A stretch of DNA of 64,000 nt. Source: Phaeosaccion multiseriatum (lineage: Eukaryota; Protista; Ochrophyta, other classes). The stretch lies in contig OZ218955.1 in assembly GCA_965112735.1 (NCBI GenBank), positions 496,001 to 560,000 of the forward strand, written 5' to 3'. The notes beneath the pieces are model-generated. The model had not been told where the DNA came from. It was given only the letters and a program-made list of their open reading frames with translations, and made no database searches. The translations under genes and the position numbers were made by a program. Below are positions 49,344 to 61,400 of the stretch, one piece after another (the stretch's first letter is position 1; the number at the start of each line of letters is the position of its first letter).

Positions 49344-49741
49344 GGGGGAAGGGGGGGAGGAGAGCAGAGGGGTAGGGGAGGTCACAGAAAAGGGCGAAGG
49401 TCGTGGCGACTCGGGGGGGTGCTGTGGGTGGTGCACTCCGGGGCTCTGCGGCTATGCGTAGGGCACGAGGGGTGCGTGAACATCGCTCATGTCGCTCGGA
49501 ATAGCCCTTACGTAGCACCGCCACCCCAGGAGTTGCCAGCGGGGGCGTGAGAGGCCAACAGGGTCGGGAATCACTCTTGCTACTTACCATGTCAACCAAG
49601 GTAGAGAGAAGACGAGCGAAAGGAAAGGACGTGCAAGGTTTGGGGGAGAGGGGCAAGCGAAGGCCCTCAAGGCTAAATAAAGAGTACATTGGTTTGCCGG
49701 GCTGCTGCGCCACCACAAACTCAGCAAAAAAACTCAGAGCA

Positions 49742-50192
49742 TCAACACTCATTGCAATTGGGGCACGAGTATGCCGTGCCCGCACGCTTGAAGTGCACCT
49801 TGCAGCCCCTGCATAATGTAAGCGTACGGTCCTTGTCCTTCGCCCAGATGAGGGCTACTCCCGCAGGAGCGCACCCCCTGGCGGTCTTGGCCATCTCGCG
49901 CTTGAGGGCGAAATTCTCCTTGTTCAGGGTGGCCAGCTCTTCCTTCAGGACACTTTCGCGAGCTTTGGCTACCTGTGCCGCGGTTCCTTCCTGAATGTGG
50001 TGGGAAAGGAACAAGACGTGAGGCGACAACAAGCAGGCTCAAGCAGCAGCGAGGCAGTGCTGTACCGGACGAGCAATATCCTCGAGGCCTCACCTGCTGC
50101 TGCAACTGGTACAACTGTTCGATGGATTGGGCCGTCGTTCCCCCCGACTGACCCTTTACCATCTGCTGATTGGAAGTCATCGTCTCGCTCAT
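49742..50192 (-). CDS. Small two-exon coiled-coil + C-terminal CxxC..CxxC zinc-ribbon protein; exons 50192-50094 and 49990-49742
   Basis: MSETMTSNQQ...LQQQ|EGTAAQVAKARESVLKEELATLNKENFALKREMAK...LCRGCKVHF...SCPNCNEC*; phase-0 GT-AG intron. Confidence 0.6.
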
Positions 50193-50348
50193 GACGGAAA
50201 GGGCTCTGTACTGCGGGTGTGAAAGCACATAGAGGCACACAGCGAGCAGAATTCAGAGAACTGTGGCACATGCAGCTAAGGAGAGGTGATATGCTCTAGA
50301 CTCGCCTCTTGTCGTGCTGGAGCTGTTGTTGCTTGTTGTTGTTGTTGC

Positions 50349-50387
<39 letters not shown>

Positions 50388-50542
50388 GTAATAGAGCTAG
50401 ACGAGCAAGCGACTCCCCCGGGGGTGGGTGACCTTTTTCATCCCTTTTCTGCGGTTCTTTAGATTTGTTGCCATTATTCCTTGTTCTCCTGCAATGTATC
50501 TACATGGCTCGACAAGTAAATAGCAGTACCGATGAGAGAGAG

Positions 50543-53500
50543 CTAAGACACAGCCACCCTCTTGTGGGCACATGTGAACAGTCCCTGTCCCTCTTCGTCC
50601 TCAGGGGGGCAGGGAGACTGGAGGGCCCGATCATTGCTCCGCTCCCCGTGGGCTGCCGCTGTATCACCAACTACTGCGGCTGCTGCTGCAGCTGCCTCCT
50701 CTTGCCGGGCTATAAGCTGAGCCTTGACAACTTGCTGTTTCTGCTCGACGTAGATCGGAACACACACACATGACATCGGAGGGGGTTGGAGGAGGTTGAG
50801 TCTAAGTGTGTTCTTCCTATTAAGCTTTCAAGGCGACTACGAACACCAAAGACACAGCTACACAGACATTTAAAAAAGGGAAGAGACCGGACTAGGATGA
50901 TTACGGTATTCTGTAACGTGCTGTGACCTGGCCACAAGACTCACCTGCAGGAGGGCTCCGAAGGACCTCTCTCCGGTGATACACTCCAGCACCTCTGGCA
51001 GCAGGGCAGAGGGACAGCCCGACAGAGCTCGCCGGGCTGTGGACAGCATGTCCTGAGCGGTTAGATGGATAGAGAGAGATGGAAAGGGAGAGAGAGAGAA
51101 GGGGGAGGGGGGGGGGAGGGAGAGGAGGAGAAGAGAGTGCATACACGCATGTGTGTGTGAGAGTACAGTACATTCCTTTCCATCGATCCTGAGGAATGGA
51201 CAGGCAGTGAGAAGAAGTGTGTCTGACCTGTGACAAGAGCAGCGGCTCTGAGCGTCCCTTGGGCAAGAAGGAGCTGAGGTCTGTGCGCATGTAGCTCAGC
51301 GAGTTGCTGCTTCCCATGCCAGAACCCCCACCCCCTCCTCGACTCGGAAACCCTCCTCCTCCTCCTCCTCCCCCGAGTGGCGCTGCGGCTGCTGCAGTGA
51401 GGTAGAGCTCCCAATAGAGAGGCCTCTGTAGGCGGTCGCGCGTGTGCTGCGGGATGGAGTCTGCCAGCGGCAAGGAAAAGATGGTGTTGGAGGTGGTGCT
51501 CCTGCTACTGCTACTGCTGCTGCTACTGCTGCTGGTGGTGGCAGTTAAAACGACGGGGGGGGGGGGGGGGGGGTGGATGAAAGGAGGGAGGGGCATGAAC
51601 GGAGAGATGAGAGGCGAGGAGAGGAAGGTTGTGGCAAGTGAGGAGCTTTCCTGTGGGGAATAGGTTGAAGGACGAGCAGGGAAGCGAGAGGCCATATCAA
51701 GGAGTGGGTTTTACTGCACCATACCTCCATCTCCTCCTTTCCCCTCCCTCCCTCCTCCCTCTCTCCTTCGTCCCTCCCACTGTCCCTCCCTCCCTCCCTC
51801 CTTCCTTCCTTCCTTCCTTCCTTCCATTCTTCCCCTCCCCTTACCTGTGCCTGTAGGCCCTGAGCGTGCTGAGAGCAAGATGTCTCCCCTGCTGCCAGGA
51901 GGCCCCACACGTCTGCGCAAGAGTCACAACCTCCACAGTGTCCATCAGAAGCTCAAGGCGCTTCAGAGACCGGCGCTGAGGATGGCAGTGGATGGCAGAG
52001 GAGAGGAAGTAGTGGGGGGGGGGCGGATGAGTGGGGTGGGGAAGCGCGGGGTCATGTCGAACTCTCGCACAAACGCACACACTTCCACAAACGCACGCAC
52101 ACACGGTGTTTTTGGTACGTCTAATTGAAAGCCACGGAGGGTGAACCTTGAAGAAGAACTGCCCACCCGCCCATCCACCCACCCACCCATCCTCCCCTCC
52201 TCTCACCTGCGCCTCCACAGCCGCGCTCGACGTCGCCAGCAGCTTCGCCCCCGTCTTCGGAGAGCCCCCTCGGGCCGTTTCATCCGCCCCGGGGGGGGGA
52301 GGGGAGAGCATGGACAGGTCTGAGGAGATGAACCACGCCAGCTCGGCAACCCCCACACCGACCTCTGCATCGAACCAGTGCACTAAGTCCCCCCGGACCT
52401 GCGCGGCCGCACACACGTACGCACACACGCACGCATGCACACAAGAGGGGATGCACACAAGGGTATGAACATACATGAGGGTGTCTGAGATGAGAGAACA
52501 CAATGAGAGAAGCCGAGAGAGGAATATTCTACGCACTTGCAGCTGCAAGGACCACACAAACAAACGCCTCATCAAAGCGACGACAGACACACCACACGAG
52601 GCCAATGGAATGGAAGGAAGGGATGGACGGTGGTGGGGTTCACCTCCCCCTCCTCCTCCGCCGCCTCCTCCTTCGACGTTTCTCGCTCCGCACACACCTT
52701 GCACACACCCAACTGGAGTGCCACGGCGGCGGCTTGTGCATCCGACGACGCTATGGCCTCTCCCTGCGCCCTCCACGCTTGTGCCTCCTCCCCTGCACCA
52801 ATGCTGCTACTACCAGTGTTGATGCCACTGCTACTACCAGTGCTGTTGCTGCTGTTGTTGCTGCTGTATCTGGCTGCCTGGGCGAGATCAACACCCGCTT
52901 GGATGTGCTGCCCGACTGCCGTGGAGTTGTTCTGTTGTTGCGCGGAGAGAGAGACAGACAGACGGAGAGATATAGACAGCAGCCGATGGGCAGAGGTGGG
53001 CGGGCAGATGGACAAGCAGGTCAGGGATAGTGTATGGAATGAGCAGCTGGTTGGTTGGTTGGGTGCGACAGGTTCCATCAGAGCGACTACCAGGGGCATG
53101 CCTGCATGCATGTGCGGGTGCCTGCGTGAATAGGACTGTGTTCCAGGAGGACGACGAGGAGGAGGAGAAGGAGGAGGAGACAGAGGAGGTGTATCTCTCT
53201 CTTGCCCTCTCTCCCTCTCTCTGACGTCACCTTGTGTATGACGGGGAAGAGACGCCCCTTCTCAATGACTGTGAAGGCCCTCCTGAGCGCCTCCCCCATG
53301 TCCGCAGCACCCTCCAGCAGGGCAAGCACGTCCCACAGCCGCTCAGAGAAGTCAAGGTTGCTGTCACGCACACACACACACACACACACGTACACACACA
53401 CACGTGTACACACACACGTACACACACACACGTACACACACGCACACACACACACACGTACACGCACACGCACACAGAAAGAGAGAGAGAGAGGACAGAG

Positions 53501-54784
53501 GAGATGCGCCGTAGAGGAGAGGGAGGAGGAGGTGAGAAAAGTCACTGAGAGGGGGATGTGGGTAGTCTGTAGGGGGGGGGACGAGAGCAGCGAGGGGCCA
53601 GGAGCGGTATACTTGGATCAGCCCCAAGGTTCAGGCAGCTCCCAGCTTTCCCTCCCTTGCCTCACCGACTATCTGACTCGACCTACCTCCTGATCCTCCC
53701 CTCGATCTTCCTCCCCTTGATGGGTGCTTCCACTTGTGTTGCCTCTCCGTCTTCCTCTCCTGCCCCTCCCGCACCCTCCTCCTCGCCCCCCCCCCCCTGC
53801 TGCTGCTCGGTCGACAGCTTATCGTCCTCTCCATTCAGTAAGGCCTGGACGGCACATGCATACGAAAGGAGATGTACGAGAGAGAGAGAGAGAAAGAGAG
53901 AGAAGAGAGATGTGGAGAGAGCCTCTTCCATCACATCATGTCATGAGCAAAGGAAGAAAGACATGTCATGAGCCAAGGAAGAAAGACATGTCATGAGCAA
54001 AGGAAGAAAGACATGTCATGAGCCAAGGAAGAAAGACATGTCATGAGCAAAGGAAGAAAGCACACAAAACCCCCCACCGCCCAGATGGATCAGACCAGTA
54101 GTCAGTCAGTCAGTCAGTCAGTCAGTGCAGACTGAGTAGTCAGTCAGTCAGCAAAGCGGAGACCAGTCAGTCAGTCAGGACGGGCGAAGGCGAACAGGAT
54201 AAGCGGCATTCTCCTTCGGGTCAGGGACAGAGATAGATAGGTAGATAGACAGGCAGATCGGTACGTGTAGTTACGTGAGAAGCTTGCCTGCAGCCTGTTG
54301 CGGAAGGCCTCCCCTCCCGCCTCCGATGCCGCTGTAGGCACCGCTGCAGATGCCCCCCTGGGACACACACAAGAGGGACACACGTGTTGTTACGTTACGT
54401 CCCCGGGTTGGATATATGGATATGCCATTTGAGAGATGAGGGTGTTGAGGTGGTGGAGAGAGGGAGAGGGAGGAGAGACGTCTTTCAATATGGTGCAGGC
54501 CCCCCTCCTCCTGTCGAGACGTCCCACACCACTGTGGAGAGCCACAAGGTCGAAATAGACATCGAGACAGCGTATCAATATCGACATTGACATCGTCCTC
54601 TATACAATCTCGTACCTGGCCATGTCGAGCATAGCTCTTAGGGATTGAATCTCCGCCCTGAGCATGTGGGAGGTGGCGCTGAGCGGGGAGGTGCCCCCCA
54701 CAAGGAGCAGGGAGGAGCACAGGGGCGGGGGGGGGCAGCCCAGGACCTTGGCCTATGGAAGCCGGACACGCCAACGCAAGAGGC

Positions 54785-54822
<38 letters not shown>

Positions 54823-55073
54823 CGTACACACACACACGTGGAGATGCAGCGAAAAGAGATAAAAGACAGGGAGTGACTAAGTGACCTTGAGCTGGAGAGA
54901 GAGAGAAGAGAGAAAGGTATACACGAATAGAGAAAGAGAGAGGCAATGACTGACTGACTGACTGACTGACCTTGAGCTGGAGAGAGTCGCAGCGCCACTC
55001 GCTGGACAGCTGTGCGAAGGGCCCGCCTGGTACAGAGCGGACACACACACACACACCCACCCACCCACCCACC

Positions 55074-55126
<53 letters not shown>

Positions 55127-56785
55127 CACACACAACACACGGGCACACGGGTCGCATTTCGGAAGAAAGGGGATAAGGATTGATTGAAAAGACAGAAGAC
55201 TCGAGCGGGGTGCATCGATACTAGTACCCTTGTAAAAATTAGAAAAGGATTGATTGAAAAGACAAAAGACAAAAGACTCGAGCGGGGTGCATCGATACCC
55301 TTGTCGTTGAGTGACCTCTCATCAGATAGACAGACAGACAGACGGAGGGACACACACCCATTCACCCATCCCCGCGCACGGACCCGAGCGTCCACGCGCC
55401 CACCTGTCCACACGCACCCACACCCAAAGGCGTGGCATCTCTGTTTCGGAAGTAAGCTTACGTACGTCCACCCTTCCAGCCGTCCACCTGTCCACGCACG
55501 CACCTGCATCGTCGCTGAGATTGGCGGCCGTGATGTCCGCGCCGCTGCCGCCCCACACGTCATACAGGGCTCTGGCTCGGGCCTGCAGTGCTCATTCGGA
55601 GGCATATAGGTACGCACGAGGGTACAATGGTGGGGCATATGAAGTCAAATGTCTTGTACGTGAGCACGAGTTAGGCGCCTCAGTATATAGAAGCAGAAGA
55701 TAGGTGAACACGCAAACACGCACACACTCACACACGAACAAACTGTATACACAATCACACACACACACATACGTATATATACATACATACACACACGCCG
55801 ACCCGCACACACACACACATACACCCAAACGCACCTTTGCTTGCACGCCATATTTCCGCTCAAAGTCGCCAACGATGGTGTCCATCGTCAGCATGTCGCC
55901 CGTCCGCCCCTGCCCCTGACCCATGCAATGGTGCTGCTGTTGCTGCTGCTGCACCACGAAGGTTTCGTAGCCCGCCGGGGTCGCCTTTTGGCCCAGGTAA
56001 CAGGTTCCCGTGTGCCTACTCTTGCTGCTCCCTCCGGCGCTCTCTACAGCGACCACCACCGTGGGCAGCGCCCCTCGGGTCTGCGCCGCTCCGACGACAT
56101 TGAGGCGGCCCAGCACCGAGCGCCCCTCCGCCGTGGATAGCGCCTGCGAAGGTGCGTGGGTGCGTGCGTGCGTGTGGGTGCGTGGGTTTACCGACGTTTC
56201 AAGAGGGGACAGGGAGGACTCCAAATACAAGTCTCCCATCAGCGTCATGCCAGGCGCCGTTCATCTACCCATCCATCGATGCTCATATGCCTGCCTGCCC
56301 ATCCATATGCCTGCATGTCTTCCTGCCCATACGCCTGACCTGGATAACCCTCCCGTCGATGACTTTGCTATAGGCTGGGGGGCACGCTGTAAGGAGAGCG
56401 TGGTGGCTGCTGTGCTGCTGCTTGTATGGTCCTCCTCCTCCCCCGGCTCCAGCTGCTACTCCCTGCTTGACATTAGGTGGCAGAGTCGAGTTCAACGCCG
56501 TCGGAAAGCATGAGGGTTGAGGGTGGAAAGATGGTGCACATCGCTTCGTCGTAGGGCGGTGATAGAGAGAGATGGAGAGGGAAGAGAGAAGAAGAGATGG
56601 AGAGAAAGAAGCAGGGGTGGAGTAGGGTGGGGGATGGGTCGGAATATCCAAAGCGGCAGGGAAGGGATATAGAGAGCGTGGGTACTGCCCTGACCAGGAA
56701 GTGAGATGCCATCACTGGTGCGATGCGATGCCCCGTCCTACTGCCATCTCCCTGTCCACTGCCATCCCCCCCCCTGCCTCAGACC

Positions 56786-56819
<34 letters not shown>

Positions 56820-57609
56820 GCACCTTGCTGCTGGCGAGCTGTCGAGGGGTCCGCAGGAGTACGGTAGAGAGAGCAGATGTGACCTGATGGTACCAGATGG
56901 CAGTAGAGGACAGGGGGAGGGGGAATGGGAAGGGTGGATGCGTGCATGGTACAGGGAGGAGCGAAGAGCGATTCAGCAGTTGGCGATACAGCAGTTCTTT
57001 GAGCCTACGCCACAGACGAGGCCCAAGTGCTGTGATGATGTGATATTACTGATACCGTGACGCACCAGGGGGCTCGCCTCCTGGGAGGGGGCCTTTTGAA
57101 GGGCGGAGATGAGCACCAGGTCTTCATCCGCGAAGGCGCCAAAGCACTTGAGAGGGTGGAACACGCTAGGGCCAAGCTTCGCGTAGGAAGAGAGGCAACA
57201 AGACGACGAAGAGCAGCACATGGGGAGCAGTGCCAAGAGTTACGGGCCGTGATGGGCGTGGTGGGGGGGCGGGGGAGTGGAGGCTGCCGAAGCTCATTGT
57301 AGACGGCAAGGGGGCGGCAAGGGGGGGCGAGTGAGTGAGGGTGCTTCGGGGATACGAGTGGGGGAGGTGACTTTCCAAGTCCTCCTCCTCGTCCTCGTCC
57401 TCCTCCTGCCCCTCCTCCTCGAGTTGATGTACGCAACGAACCTTGATGAGCAGGAGGTTGTCGTAGATAGACACTGCCCCGTCGTTGAGGCCTGTCACGG
57501 CATCGAGGAGGGACGAGTCGCTTGTTGGTCGCAGGGCAGAGGAAGACGTGTTTGTGGGGTAGTAGAGGGGGGAGGGTGCCGCAGCAGCCGTCGCCGTGGC
57601 AGCCGCCAT
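50543..57609 (-). CDS. ZWILCH: Kinetochore RZZ-complex subunit Zwilch homolog, multi-exon; start and internal exons partly uncertain
   Basis: NLDFSERLWDVL...AFTVIEKGRLFPVIHK-QNNSTAVG; LQLGVCK-VRGDLVHWF...ELAWFI; LKRLELLMDTVEVV; IFSLPL...RPLYWELYL are collinear with recalled Zwilch blocks (LDFAEQLW, LEIGLDKLKKDYISFF, IFQLP..P..W). Confidence 0.75.
53937..54060. repeat. 25-bp tandem repeat x5 with alternating A/B variants (CATGTCATGAGC[A/C]AAGGAAGAAAGA), a 50-bp higher-order unit, in a ZWILCH intron
   Basis: Read directly from the sequence. Confidence 0.9.
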
Positions 57610-58411
57610 CCTCTCCTGGGGAGAGAAGTGATTGAGGAGGGGGGAAGGGGGAGGGGGAGGAAAGGAGGAGAAGAAGGGATGTGAGGGGGTGGTATGTAGG
57701 GCGAGCGGGAAAAGACACTGGCCAACAGCAATGTTGCCAAATCGCATAAGGGAGAGGGAAGAGAGGGGCAAGAGAGAGGAGAATGGACTGGCAGTTGGAT
57801 CATTGAAAAGGAAAGAAGGTCCGCCTACCGCACGTAGGCCAACTGGATCCCGGCTCCGCTCCCTTCGTACCTACTGAACCAAGCACTGCAGTGCAATATA
57901 ATGCTTGGAAGGGCTTGAAAGGGAGATGATTTGTGAAGAAGAGAGAGAGAGAAGGACGAGGAAAATGTCGATGTCGAGAGAACTTGTCGAGATGGTCGAA
58001 ATTGTAGGGGGCGGCAAGTTGCGCACAAAAAGGAAGCGTGTTTTTGTGTTTTTGTGTTTGTGTACAAGGGGACGTGGGCGAGCCGAAGCAGCAAGGCATT
58101 GCGACAGAGCCTGAACTTTATCTCCTGCACACAACTCTACGAAGAGCAGGCGACACCGCCTGGACGAAAGAAGCGTAAGTCTTGCCCAAACCTTTGTGCA
58201 TCTCACGTTCACCCTCTCTCTTGTCCTTCATCTCCAGCCTCTTACCTGCCTCTCATGCTGCACCTGCTGCTGGCGATACTGGACCTATTCCTCCCTCAGT
58301 ACCTCCCCTCTTGCGGTGGAGAGAAAGTGGACCTGGGGCGGTGTATTGGTGTGTTCGCCATCTGAGCGACTTGGCCACCACAGAGGCAAAACGCTTGGGA
58401 CAAGTCGAGTC

Positions 58412-61400
58412 ATGGGCGGGCTTCTGATCGACCCACGGATGTGGCTTTCAGCTCTGGTACTTCTCCAGCCCGTGGTGAGCGGCTTCGGCACACTTCTCAC
58501 CACACCAATCCAAGCAGCAGGCGACTCGGTCGAGAAGGCCCTGCATGGGAGCAGCAGCGGCAGGCGGCCATTGCTGGCTTCAGCAGCACGAGGGGGCGGT
58601 TTGGCACGGAAACGAGGGAGAGGTTGCTTATGTGGCACGGCGCTGGGATCAACGACGTCGTCTAGTGTGGAGGCCGGCGGCGTCGGGCTTCTCGGTGCAG
58701 GGGTTGTCAATAGAGGAGAAGGGGTGTTCGTGTCAGGGACGGCGGCAGCGGGTTTATGGTGTCGTAGCAGAAGGAATAGCGGTAGGAGCTGGCGAAGCAG
58801 GATTATAGGTGGGAGGAAAAGGACAAGAAGCCGCTCCGAGACACTTTCTGCACTCAGCGGCGGCGGCGCTGCTGGCACCAGCCTGCAGTCCACCGCCTCC
58901 CCCACCAGCACCACTAATAGCACCAGCCCAACCACCAGTCTCAGCGGCAGCAGTAGTACTCAAAGCCTGAGAGGCCGAGTGCGTAGCGCCATCTTCCCCA
59001 TCTACGGGAGAGCAGAGCTGTCCAAGTTCCTGGCCTTGGGGGGTGTAAAGTTCTTCATCATCTTTGTGCTTACCCTCACCAGGGACCTCAAGGACACGCT
59101 CATCGTCACCAATTGTGGGGCGGAGTCCATATCCTTTCTCAAGGTAAGCTTACAATGGTATATCCTCCTCCTCCTCCTCCTCCTCCTCCTCCTCCTCCTC
59201 CTCCTCCTCCTCCTCCTCCTCCTTCTCCTCCTCCTCCTCCTCCTCCTCCTCCTCCTCCTCCTCCTCCTCCTCCTTCTTCTTCTTCTTCTCCTTCTCCTCC
59301 TCCTCCTGCTCCTCTTCCTCCTCCTCCTCCTCCACCACCACCTCCTGCTCCTCTTCCTTCTCCTCCTCCTCCTCCTGCTCCTCCTCCTCCTCCTCCTCCT
59401 CCTCCTCCTCCTCCTCCTCCTCCTCCACCACCACCTCCTGCTCCTCTTCCTTCTCCTCCTTCTCCTCCTCCTCCTCCTCCTCCTCCTCCTCCTCCTCCTC
59501 CTCCTCCTCCTCCTCCTCCTCATTCTTTTCCCGTCCTCCACACACCCACTCACCCACCTGTCCACCTACCCCCCCCCTTTACCCTGAGCCGTATCCCCAC
59601 CCACAACCCCACCCAAACTCTCACCACCCCCTCCCCCGCCCTTACCCACCCCATCTGCCCTCACACTGATCATTCCATCCCCACTTCCCTCTTTCCATCG
59701 CCCCTTCCGATGGACCTGCTCCCTCCACCCTGCCATCCACACCACCCTCCTTCCCATACCCCCCTTCACCATCCCCCCCACCCCTACACCACACCCCACC
59801 CACTCACCCCCACCCACATACCTTCACCGCCTCCACGGCTCCTCCCCCCCCCCCTCTCTGCTCTCTACGCTCTGCCTACACAGGTGTACGGCGTACTGCC
59901 CGCTGCCGCCGCCTTCATGCTGCTCTACTCGCGGCTGAGCTCCTCCCTTTCCAAGAGGAAGCTCTTCTACGTCACAGCGGCACCCTTTTTTGCATTCTTT
60001 CTGTGCTTTAACTTCCTCATTCATCCCAACCTACACATCCTTCACCCGGGTAGGTGAAGGGGTAGAGGGAGGGAGAGAGAGAGGGGAAGGAGGGAGGGAC
60101 GGAGGGAGGGAGGGAGGGAGGGAGGGAGGGAGGGAGGAGAGAGAGAGAGGGGGAGGAAGGGAGGGAGGAGGACGGAGAGAGGGGGGGAGGAAGGGATGGA
60201 GAGAGGTGTGGCTTTTCCCTTTCCTACACCCTCACCTCTCAATCTCTCTGTTTCTATCCCTCCCTCTCTCTTTTGTGTGTGCGTACATGTCACAAACCTC
60301 TCTCCCTGCCCCCCACCCCCTCTCCCTCTCTCTCCTAGCCTCGGTGGTGCTCCCTGCCGCCTTCCCCAAGGGCCTCACTTACCTTACCTCCCTGGCCGAG
60401 CACTGGTGCTTCGCCCTCTTCTACATCATGGCGGAGCTGTACAGCAGCGTGTCCATCGGAGTCCTCTTTTGGCAGTTCGCCAACGACGTGGTGCCTGTGG
60501 ACCAGGTACGGTGCGCTGGGTACTCATATGTCGTGTCAATTTCAGTGCGTCAGGTTATTGACTTTGAGTCACTTGCCATCTGTGACTCCGATAATTACTC
60601 TTGGCCCCCATTCACCTCCCCTCCCCCTTTGCCGCCCCACCCTGCCCACCCGCCAGGCCAAGCGTTTCTACCCGCTCTTCGGGCAGATGTCAAGCCTTGC
60701 CCCCATCGCGGCGGGGCAGTGCGTGGTGCGCTTCGCCACACGCTCCACCTTTGATGTAACGCTCAAAGTGCTGACAGGCCTCATCACCTTCAGCGGGGCA
60801 GGTCAGTGGAAGAGAGGGAGAGGAGAGGGGGAGGGGGGGTGAGGGAGGAGCGAGAAGGAGAGAGAGAGAGAGAGAGGGAGGGAGGAAGGTGGTCATCGCC
60901 TTCGTCCCCTTCAGTGGGGCAGGTCAATGATAGGTGGAGTAGTGCCAGTCAGTACCTGGTGTCAGTCAATACCTGTGTTACTCTTCCTCTTGCTCATTTC
61001 TCTCCTCTCTCTACCTCTTTCTCTTTCTCTCTCCCTCCTCCCTCCCCTCCCCCCCCTGCCTCCTTCCCTTGCCCTGGCCCCTCCCCTCACCCCAGCCATG
61101 TTCTCCTGCTACGAACTGAGTAACCGCATCGTTGCGAAGGAGCGGCGAAAGGCAGTGGAGGACGCTAGGACCCTGCAGGCACAAAGAGCGGCTAATGCCA
61201 CTCCAGAGGTGCGCCAATATGTCAGCAAAGGGTGTCTGGGACGGCAGGGATATACACTCAAAGGAGGGTGGGGGGAGAGAGGGAGGGAGAAGAGACGGGA
61301 GAGAGAGTGGGAGAGAGGAGAGGGATACTGAGGGGGGGGGGGGAGAGAGAAACGAGATTTGAGGGATCGCTTGGATTGAGATTGTCAGCATTGACGGATC

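Noticed and set aside
59002-60057. PolyR/polyP/polyE/polyL ORFs
   Set aside because: Translations of the intronic (CCT)n tract; NTT splices from SFLK|GT to AG|VYGVLP
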